DNA from: Basidiobolus meristosporus CBS 931.73
Taxonomy: Eukaryota > Fungi > Basidiobolomycota
Assembly: GCA_002104905.1 (NCBI GenBank)
Contig: MCFE01000050.1
Coordinates: forward strand, 132,095-196,094
Direction: 5' to 3'
DNA length: 64,000 nucleotides
The notes below the pieces were generated by a model. It ran no database searches, was not told the DNA's origin, and worked only from the letters and a program-made list of their open reading frames with translations. The position numbers were made by a program, and so were the translations under genes. Positions 53,961 through 63,799 of this stretch are shown one piece after another; the stretch's first letter is position 1, and every line of letters starts with the position of its first letter.

Positions 53961-56053
53961 GGTCTGTGCTCTTGGTGGACGCTCACTTTAAATATTTATT
54001 TGGTCTGTATCCCTGATGTTATCGATATAGGAGGCTTGTTCAAGAGGCCTTGTGTGACGTATGTGATAGATCAAAGTGTGCCATACGGGAATCTGGCAAC
54101 ACTCTTGGCGGGCCAGTAAGCGTGCAAGGCTAGATGGAAATGACACCGATGCCATATCCCCTACAGATTCCTGAATGCCAAGCATACAAATCAGGTTTGT
54201 CTTGTATTTAAATAATACAGATCGGATGAGTTTATACTTTTATCCGAGCTTTGTGCCACTAGTCTCAAGTCTGTCTTGGTATGCATCGGCAAATGTAAAT
54301 CCTAAATAATATCTTGGCATCCAGATTACCCTGTTTGATCGATCAATTTCAAGCCAAGTATGAACTTATTTATATACATTAAATCAATAGACGGTTTGAA
54401 ATTCCATCCATCTTGGTGGTATTGTATGCTTTGGGGGTGTGGAGCAGTAAGCAGAAACTACATGCCCTTTTCTTTTGATATGTGAATGATTATTGATTGA
54501 TATGCTTAATAAACAATTCCTTGCTTATACAGAGCAAGTAAAGAGAAGTGAAGCCCTCCTCATACCAAAAAAGGTTATCTCACTTCCAATCAACAGGATT
54601 ACATCAAGTATCATCAGTCGTATTGCTTACATAATAACTGTTCTTGATGGGGGAGCGCACTTAATATGTGATTTGAGGCTGACATCATTTTCTGCTATTT
54701 AGTATTGAATTTTTCGGGGTGGAGTGGGGGGTTGGATATACTATGTAGGCCAACATAAGCTGCAGGACTTGGCGAGGTCAAACAAAGCTTATATAAATTT
54801 AGAGAAACTCTATAACACTAGCTATACAAATATTACAGCCAAGTCTCATGCAGCAGTATTGTAAATTAGATGCTGAAAATCTTGATAATTTCCAAGACAG
54901 CACTGATTCAGAAAGTCAGCTCATAATTTGCAAGCTAGGTTTTGGTAATAATCAACAGTTTGGAGATTAGTAAGTATAAACGTTGGGACTTATGACCCAC
55001 TCAAATACTAAGCCAATTTCTTCCAAATCTTCAACAAGGGGAGAAACTCCAGCATAGTATTAGTGGATATTCCAGGGAGTGATAGCTTGGGGCACACATA
55101 TCTTGGATATACTGGAAATAACTGGAAGAGAAAACAGAGAATGTGATGATATTGCATATATTTCTGATACTTGCATACTGTCACCAATGAGTAAATGTTG
55201 TTTCCTGTATCTTAAATGTCTTCATTGCACACTATCTTGGACAAACAGTCTACCAAAGCTTACGTTTATGGCAGCAAAAGCTAACTTTGGTGTACTGATG
55301 AAGCTATGCACCTTTAGCTGCATCACTTTGTGCTACATCTCTACATACCGGACGAGAAGATTACTTAATATGTGTATCTCATCTACTACGCCTTGGAGGA
55401 TCCAGCTTTCACGTGAATCTTTGAGGGGACTCAATGCAAGTACCTAAATTGCACCAATGTTGCAGGCCCATGTCAAAGATAAGATGGATAATCCGTTTCA
55501 AGTCATGATAGTTGAGAGCCGGTTTCCTTTTGGCTGGTCAACTTGGGTATTAACATTAGGCTAGCTCAGAAATTAAAGTAAATTAGCTTGCATCATTTCG
55601 GTACTTGCCCTGGTATGTAATAACAGCTTTTAGGCTGTCATTTTGGATCCCTGTTTACACCAGCGGAGACCAATATTCTGGATGAAGGTGAATAGCACCT
55701 AAGCAGCTTGAAATGTGGGATGTCATTATTTGTTAAAATGTGAAGACACATGTATATTTGCATGCATAGAATAAATCACAAAGAAGTCGACCTGATCTAT
55801 TGCTGTATTACGCGAGTAATCATCAACATAATCGCATAACCGCATAATTTTAATACACACCACTGATCATTGGAAAAAGTATGTATATGGGTATCAGAGC
55901 CCAATAGTATTTATCGAAAGTAACGGAGATTCTTGTGAATACTGTACCACCCTTGCGGGTGCTATATGCAAGTACATATTTAACTCCTGACCTATGTAAC
56001 CTGGTCTATAGTCATAGCTTCTTGGCCAAGTTTTTGGGGTTGGGTGTACTTAT

Positions 56054-56893
56054 CTACTGCAGACACGCAGTCTCAGAAAATTCCAAACAAGATGTGGCAG
56101 ACCACAGGACTGTTGTGGCACCCGGGGACCCAAGCAGATCACCTGAATAATAACCTGACACTGTGGGATAATTGAATGTGGTAACAGCGGGTAGGCTGGG
56201 ATACAACACAACAGCGTTACGTGCTTTTGCTGGCGTCGGAAACCAACCTAATATGCCTTCACCTGCTAGGCCAACTAGTGCAGTGGGGCAATCTTGCTCA
56301 TCATCGTCTCCCATCCAACATCCTCCCACTGCCCACTGTGCTGGGCGTACATGTGGGCCTACCCTTACCACTGCCGGTTTGATAAAGCCGCAGAGAAGTT
56401 CTAGTGGACTAGGCTCCTTCATTGCTCCTGTTTCCCAGATGCCGTTTTGAGTGTCAAAACACACTGGCACTGTGATTGTGGGGCCCTCCCAAGTAACTTT
56501 CAACCATGCTAGCATAATATAGGGAGCCTCCGGGGTGCCCCATTTTTGAGTATAGTCATCAACTAGACCGTCATGAAACCAGCCCCTATCAAGTGAGAAA
56601 ATTGCTGCTGCTGGGTGTGGCTGGACCTCATGCTCTACCCTGACCTGGAAAGCTGAGAAGTCATTGCCGGTGTGGCCAAGGCGCAATAATAATATTTTAT
56701 ATGCCAGACCAGGATCGATGTAATATGCCTGCCGGTTTTCTGGTCCTGTCTGACACACAATTTGTGGTTGTATGATGTTGGGTCGTTGCAGCATGCTTTT
56801 GAGCCGCTGCGATAACTGCTTGGATGTCATAGAGGTGGCCATTGGTGTTCTCGCAACTAATTCGGCCAAGAATTTCTGGATTTCGCCTTCCAT
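56054..56893 (-). CDS. Intronless hypothetical ORF, 279 aa
   Basis: An ATG-initiated open frame in otherwise AT-rich, stop-rich subtelomeric DNA. No recognised motif. Confidence 0.35.
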   Translation of the reverse strand: MEGEIQKFLAELVARTPMATSMTSKQLSQRLKSMLQRPNIIQPQIVCQTGPENRQAYYIDPGLAYKILLLRLGHTGNDFSAFQVRVEHEVQPHPAAAIFSLDRGWFHDGLVDDYTQKWGTPEAPYIMLAWLKVTWEGPTITVPVCFDTQNGIWETGAMKEPSPLELLCGFIKPAVVRVGPHVRPAQWAVGGCWMGDDDEQDCPTALVGLAGEGILGWFPTPAKARNAVVLYPSLPAVTTFNYPTVSGYYSGDLLGSPGATTVLWSATSCLEFSETACLQ

Positions 56894-57051
56894 ATTTGGT
56901 GTAGAGGGAGCTTGGTAGAAAAATATGCGGACACTACTTACTCTTGTGTGTGGCTGGATAACCGTCTCTTTTATAGGACTTCCAACTACCTTGCTCTACA
57001 GATGCTACAGATAACCGGTAGCATACATGATTGGCAAATTAGTGTCATACT

Positions 57052-58281
57052 TGTTGTAAGAGTCTTGGAGATATTGGAAGTGATTGGGAGAACAAGTAGA
57101 TTATGTGGTTTTCACTTAATGATTTATTGAATGTAAAAGTAGTATTTATACTTTTACCTGGTCTTGGCATTACAAACACGTAGAATAGGTTAAGGAAGGT
57201 CCCAAGAACATGTGTGCAAAGTTTGGGGCTGTCTGGACAACTTATCTAATTTTCATGTTCTGGGTAAATATTCTAAGTAAATCCCGACAAGGAATTTGGT
57301 CAGTATTCTTTAGGATTTGAAGGTAATGATCTGAGTGACTAAGTTAGGTGAATATTTAGGTGGAATTCCGAATTTTTACAACACAAACTTGTCTCTAGCT
57401 AATGGTTAGGTAAATATGTCTGCAGTCATTTCATATGTAGGACAGTAAAATAAGCTAACTAAGTTATTCTCTATAGCTTCATGTATGAAACAATGTCTAA
57501 TATCTATGTGCTTGGTTCTAGCATGAAAAGTTGGATTTCTACCTAATCGTATACATCCTTGATTATCTTGAAATAAAGTAATAGGCATTTTTTGACATAG
57601 GCCTAAATCTGTAAAAAGTTTTCTTCACCACATTACTTCTTTTGTAACTTCACAAGCTGCCATGTACTCTGCCTCTGTGGTAGAAAGTGCTACGGTTGGT
57701 TGCTTTCTTGAATTCCATGAAATTACTCCTTAACAGTAAAGAAAGGTGTATCCTGTGGTGGATCTTCTGTCTTCCAAATTTTGTCCCCAATCAGCATCAG
57801 AGTATCCCACAAGATCCTGTTCTGAATCCTTATAGGTATATCTTAAGCAGATATCAGCAGTTTCCTTTAGGTATATAGAAATCCACTCAACTACTGCAAT
57901 ATGATCAGATCCATAGTTCTTATTATGTTGGCTGACAACTCCCACTGAATATGAGATATCTGGACATGCTCCAAGCATGATATACAACAGACTGCCAACC
58001 ATAGATTGATAAGGAAAGTCAGGGCTTTCAGATGGCACCAAGCTCTCTTGATTTGGTTGAGTTTTGACCAAGTTAAGGTTTGCCTTCATTGGGGTAGCTG
58101 CCAGTTTACAGTCTTCCATTTTGTACTTCTTTAGTATATCTTGAATACACTTGGATTGGCTTGGGGTGATAGTCTGGGTCCTTCTGTCTATGGAGAGCTT
58201 AATCCCTAAGTAGTAACTGAGTTCTCCTTGATTGGACATCTCAAACTCCTTAGATAGGCTGGATTTAGTCTCTTCCAATGT
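57052..58281 (-). mobile_element. Ty1/copia 3' portion (RT C-terminus, RNase H, 3' LTR 57052-57383), truncated at 58281
   Basis: SYYLGIK, YQSMVGSLLYIM, GYSDADWG...RRSTTGY, HARTKHIDIRHCFI. Highly similar to positions 1-~750; similarity stops after TCTTCCAATGT (58281). Confidence 0.93.
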
Positions 58282-58549
58282 CCCCCCCTCCACCACTGGT
58301 TTGCTTGCTTGCTTAGAAGGGGGGGGGTTTGGGAAAGGCCACCAGGGCCATAATAAATCTCCCCCCTAACTGCTATTGCACCCCGTTTGTGTGGGGGCAG
58401 GGAGCTTCCTCCCCCCCTGTTTGGTTTATTCCCTGGCCCTTTGGGGGGCAAGTGGGGAGGCAGCTGGTTGATCCATCTATAGGTGGGGGGGAATTGGCAA
58501 TGATGATTGCCAATATCCCATCCCCCTCCAGGCTTTGGGGACAAGGGTA

Positions 58550-58640
58550 GGGGGGAGACAGTCACCAACAGGTGAAATCTTTATTTCAGTTGAAACAAAG
58601 AAGCCAGCGCTACTGTTGTAGCTTTGATACAAGAGTGTGT
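58550..58640 (-). mobile_element. ~90-bp 3'-terminal fragment of telomeric retroelement family 2
   Basis: 58551-58640 is identical by eye to 61432-61521 (last codons of ORF2 plus 3' UTR). Confidence 0.9.
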
Positions 58641-58685
58641 TAGGGTTAGGGTTAGGGTTAGGGTTAGGGTTAGGGTAGGGGGGGG
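58640..58685 (+). repeat. Interstitial telomeric tract (TTAGGG)6 + TAG8
   Basis: Direct reading. Confidence 0.97.
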
Positions 58686-61420
58686 AGGGAAAGTCACCAA
58701 GTTGGTGAAATCTTTATTTGGGTTAAGAACTAATCTAAGTACAAATAAAGAAGCCAATTAAGAGGTCTAGAACCTCTCTAATAAGTAATCTAATTTATGT
58801 TTTGTTTCATCTCTAATGTTTGTTTCAATAAAGTAAAGCTCATCAGGGGTAAATATAAAATTCAGGGGTTTTGGGGGAAGTACAAATTGTAGATGTTTCT
58901 GATCAATATAATCCAAGACTGGAACCCAGCCTGGGATTAGGTGTAGTAGGAAAGGTGTGTGGGCTTGTAAGTAGCTCTGCCACATAGATCTTAGATGGTC
59001 CTGAGCCAGTAGTCTTGGTTTCTCAGCTTTTTGAAGTTTTGAAGCAAGCTCTGTTACTACAGCAGAGCCAACCAGGGTGTGCCAGCAAGAAGATTTCAGG
59101 GAGGAGTTAGATTGAAGCCATAGTTTGATGGAGGGGTTATGTGATTTCTGAAGTTTGACTAGGAAGGAAGCCCGGAGATAGATCATTCGGATTTGGTATG
59201 GGTAGAACCCAAAGGCTCCATTAGTTGCATGGATATAGGGAGATACTGGAAGATAAGGTACCAAGGATCTGATACACTGATGGAGAAATTTATCCAGGCG
59301 GTGAAGTTCTCTGGAGGTTAGGGGTATAATGTGTAGACCAAATTCAAGTACTGGCAGCACATACTGCTTCAGAAGTATAGGGATCTTTTGAATTGGAGTG
59401 TCTGGAGTGACTACTACCAGAAGCTTTTTGAGAGCCTGTTGGGCAAGACGGATCCTATTATTCAGGTGGAGCTTTGAGTCAATCCCATGTTGACAAAATG
59501 GCAGACCTAGATATATTGCAGTTTGTTGTGGCAGAATGCTAGTGTTCTGTATAGTTGTAGTGCATCCAATTGGGACTGTCTTGGAAATTGAGAGTGAGAG
59601 GTTGTTGGCAGCCAAGTACTTCTCAATGATGGCAGTGTCTGCTATGGGATTAGGAGTAGCAATCTTGATATCATCCGCATAGAGAGTTAGTAGTGGATAG
59701 GGAGAGTCTGGTGAGGGGCCTTTTGGAAATAAAGGAAAGTCATGTAGGAATATCACAAATAGTAAGGGACCTAGTACAGATCCTTGGACTACTCCATTTG
59801 GAACCTCATAAGTCTCTGATGTGCAACTTGGATGCAAAATTTTGGCTGAGTTCTCACAAAATAGAGAACGTACAAGAAGGGTCATTGGTAGTGTGGTAAC
59901 TGCTAATAGCTTTCTCCAAAGCAGAGCTCTGTCCACAGAGTCAAAGGCTTTAGTAATGTCAAACAGAATGGTTGGCAATGAGAATTGAAGTGAATGATCA
60001 TGGCTTAGCACTACAGCCATATCCAAGGAGAGTTTGGGCAAGAAGCCAAACTGAGAAGGATGGAATGGATATAGTTGAGATTGCAAGGATCTTGCTATCA
60101 TAAGCTCAAAGATTTTCCGGCAGGTTGGTAGGAGTGAAACTGGCCGGTAAGAACCTGGGAGTGAGTGTTTCCCCTTCCCTTTGTATAAGGGTATTACATT
60201 TGCCTGTGACCAGGCCTTTGGGGTAGTCAATTGTTGGGCACAGATAGAGTAGAATGGGAGAAGTAAGTGACTCATTTTGGAGTAGCACACCCGGAGTAGA
60301 TCGTAGGTAATCAAGTCATGTCCAGGTGCAGTATTTGCAGGAAGCTTCTTTAAAATTTTCTCCAGAAGCTTTGCTGAAACCACAATTGGAGATGTTGGAC
60401 TGGTGGATATGTTACCAGTATGGTAGAAAGGAGGAGTGGGATGCATGGTTGAATCAAAGAATATAGGGGCCAGTTTGTCTGGTGATGGTATACTCCTTGC
60501 TTGGGGTCTCATGGCTTTGTATACTCTTGATATGGACCTTGTGGTGGCATTCATATTTACTAAGGGCAAGGTATCCATGATATGAGCCCATAATCTAGTA
60601 TGCTCAGTGATCTGTAGTGACTTGGAGTAGGAGATTGCGCTTTCCAGGAGGTTCTGTGTTTTTGGGTTAGGGAAACATAGGTAGCTGGAATTTAAGGCAG
60701 AAATGATGGATTTCCATTTAAGTTGGTTTGCAGATGGCTTTTGGTAGGACTTGGTGGGCAGGGCCAGACAGCCAGTGATTATGATGAAATGCTGGTAAAA
60801 TAGCCATAATGCATTTATATCATCACAAATCCATGCAGGTAAGCTGGGAAATGCATATTCTGTAAGCAAGGATAGGTAGTTGGCAAAGTCCTGTGTCTGT
60901 GATACTGAAGCTTTGGCTGGCAGGATTGTAAACGGCTGAAGAAGGGTGCCAATTGGTAGGGTTTTTCTGGCAGAAATGATAATATGTATTGGCTTGTGAT
61001 CAGATTTCTCTAGTGAACCACAGCTGATATCCTCTGGAATGCTTGTAACCTGGTGGATGTACTGTAAGGCAGCTGGAGTAGCTGTTACCCAGTCAACACA
61101 ACGTTGAGCTTGCTGAGTGTTTACAGTGACCAGATGATTTTGTCGGAGGAACTTTTTAAAGTGCTCCTCTCGGGTTCTAAGTCTGGATGAAATAGTGGTG
61201 ATATTTTCAGGGTGGGGGATATTTATATCTCCCACTACCATACAAGGGATTGATGAGCTGTTGATGAATTCTGATGTGGCCAAGAAAATTGCCAGTGTTA
61301 TGGAGTTAGACAGAGATGGAGGGAGATAGATAATAATGGCTACTATAGTTGGAAGTGTTAGAGCATAGCAGTAATACTCATAGATGATGGATACATTTGC
61401 TGAGGGTGCAAGCTTAGAAG
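58678..61420 (-). mobile_element. Telomere-associated non-LTR retrotransposon, family 1 (5'-truncated; partial APE endonuclease + RT)
   Basis: Uninterrupted ORF 58767-61283, open upstream to the junction. APE motifs IYLPP, GDIN, SDHKPI; RT motifs YRPVSLL, QFGF, FDITKAFDSV, GVVQGSVLGP, YADD, YLG. Confidence 0.93.
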
Positions 61421-61434
61421 GGTTAGGGTTAGGG
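61421..61434 (+). repeat. Short interstitial telomeric tract GG(TTAGGG)2 between the two elements
   Basis: Direct reading: AGAAGGGTTAGGGTTAGGGGGAGAC. Confidence 0.9.
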
Positions 61435-63799
61435 GGAGACAGTCACCAACAGGTGAAATCTTTATTTCAGTTGAAACAAAGAAGCCAGCGCTACTGTTGT
61501 AGCTTTGATACAAGAGTGTGTAGCTGAGGGGAATTTGTAGGTAAGTTAATAAGAAGTGATGATAGTTCTTCAGTGCTCAAGACACTGTTCAGTGGGAAGG
61601 GGGGTAGCAAGAGAGGTAAGAATGACTTGTGAACAACATTAATGAGGGGAATGTGATAAGGATTGATATTCATCATAAAGGGAGTGTGCTGCTGCAGATA
61701 TTGCTGCCAAAGGTCTGTCAAGTACTTCAGGTAGGCCAGCTTGGGTTTTTCTGACTGCAGAATAAATTCTGCAAACTTCTTGACTTCAGGATCTCCAAGT
61801 ATAGTTCTCCAGCAGGAGCCAGGTGTTGTGTGGTGTGTTCTCTTCCAGGCCTTAATCAGTGGGTTGTTGCAGTGGTGAAGTCTGAGATATAATCTGGTTC
61901 TAAGGTAGAGAAGTCTGATCTTATAGGGCATAAACCCAAAAGCACCAAGAATAGCATGTCTGTAGGGGCATTCAGGCAAATGAGGCACCAAGGAGGTAAT
62001 GCACCATACTGCAAACTTGTCAAGCTTAGTGCAGTCTCTAGAAGTAAGAGCAAGAAGTGGTAAGCCAAATTCCAGTACAGGGAAGACAAACTGCTTGAGT
62101 AGAAGGAGGCAGCTGCAAGCTGAAGTTGTAGGAGGAGTAACAGCCAGTAGCTTGTGGAGTGCCTGTCTTGCCAGGATAATTCTCTTCTTCAGGTGTGCTC
62201 CAGAGTCTAGTCCAGTAGGAAGGAAAGGAAAGCCAAGATATGTAGCAGAAACCTGAGCAGGTAGAGTGGAGTTCTCTAAGGTGATGGGAGAGCCCAAAGG
62301 TACTGTCTTTGCAATGGAAAGCTGGAGATTATTCTTCTGCAGATACTGGTGGATGGTCTGGGAGTCTTGTTGCACATTGGAGGAGGATATTCTGATGTCA
62401 TCAGCAAAGAGAGTAACCAGGCAGTCAGCTGAGAGTCTTGGGAAATCATTCAGGAAGATGGCAAACAGTATAGGACCAAGCACAGAGCCTTGAACCACAC
62501 CATTAGGAACTGAGAACACAGCTGATTGCTCACTTGGGTGCAGAATTCTTGCTTGTGGATCCAGAAACAGGGACCTGACAAGGAGGGTGAGAGAGGTACT
62601 GGAGAAGCATTGCAACTTGGACCAAAGCAGATTTCTGTCAACTGAATCAAAGGCCTTAGTAATATCAAACAGAACAGAGGGATACTTGCACTGGAGAGAG
62701 TGATCTTGGCTAAGTATGACTGCATATTCCAAGGAGAGGCCAGGAACAAAGCCAAACTGTGCAGGATGAAACTTGAGGGAGTCAGAGTAGAGCTCCTGAG
62801 CAAGCAGAAGCTCAAACACCTTTCTGCAGGTGGGCAGCAGAGATATTGGCCTGTAGGAGCTAGGATCCAGGTGCTTTCCTTTACCCTTGTACAGTGGCAG
62901 AACATTTGCAAAGGACCATTCCTCAGGAGTAGAAAGCTGGGCTGAGCATTGCTGAAACAGTGGAAGCAGAAGTGCAGACATGGCCTTGGTACTAGTCTTC
63001 AGAAGCTCATAAGAGATTGTGTCCACACCTGGAGCAGTAGAGTTGGGAAGCCTCTTGAGCACATTATGGATTCTCCTTTGATCAAGTTCAAGTGGGATGG
63101 GCAGAGTCTTGAAGTCAGGATGAAAGCCAGGAGTTGAGTACTGCTTTGTAGAGAAGAAGATGTTAGCCAGCTGTTCTGTTGAAGGTAACTTCCTGGAAGA
63201 GGGCCTCATTGCCCTATAGAGTCTTGATACTGTTCTTGTTATAGAGTTGGAAGATTGCAGAGGCAAGGAACTCATAATATGATCCCAGAGCTGAGTATGC
63301 AGAGTGTGGTGAATTGCCCTGGAGTGGTGTATTGCTGTCAGGAGGAGTTTCTCTGTTTTTGGGTTAGGGAAACTCAGGTAGCTTTGTTGCAGGGCTGAAA
63401 CAATGGATTCCCATTTTCTTGAGGTAACAGCAGTAGTCTTGCATGGCAGTGAGAGGGAGGCAGACACCAGAATCAGATGCTTCACAAAGAGCCAGGCATA
63501 GTTGAGATCATCTGGCAGAGAAAGTAGCAAACTGGCAAGCTTCAAGTAGTTCCCAAAGTCTTTCTTCTGATTCTTGGTAGCTTTGTGGGTGAGCACAGTA
63601 AGTTTTGGCAGCTTCTTCTTCACAACTGGTTGCATAGAAAGGGACCAGGCTGGGTGGTCAGAGGCTCTCAAGGATCCTAGCTCAGCTCCAGAGAATTGCT
63701 TAACTTCATCCACAAAGTAGAGGGCAGCAGCAGAAGGGCAGATCCAGTCAACACATCTTTTCTCAGATTGAGCACCTAGTGCTAGCAGATGGCTTTCTC
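61432..63799 (-). mobile_element. Telomere-associated non-LTR retrotransposon, family 2 (5'-truncated; APE C-terminus + RT)
   Basis: Uninterrupted ORF 61491-63713, open upstream to the telomere. RCVDW and SDH (APE end); YRPISLL, QFGF, FDITKAFDSV, GVVQGSVLGP, FADD, YLG. Confidence 0.93.

Noticed and set aside
54759-54854. Imperfect 15-17 bp inverted repeat (GCTGCAGGACTTGGC / GCCAAGTCTCATGCAGC), possible MITE
   Set aside because: Single occurrence, imperfect, and no TSD identified.
58691-58780. Hammerhead or HDV ribozyme as the identity of the 3' hairpins
   Set aside because: No CUGANGA core on either strand and no nested HDV pseudoknot that I can build. Reported only as a conserved structure.
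58767-63713. Penelope-like (Athena/Coprina) or telomerase (TERT) identity for the RT ORFs
   Set aside because: APE motifs (IYLPP, GDIN, SDH) upstream and YRP(V/I)SLL/QFGF/QGSVLGP/YADD motifs are those of LINE-type RTs. No GIY-YIG, TERT T/CP motifs, RNase H or C-terminal CCHC knuckle was seen.
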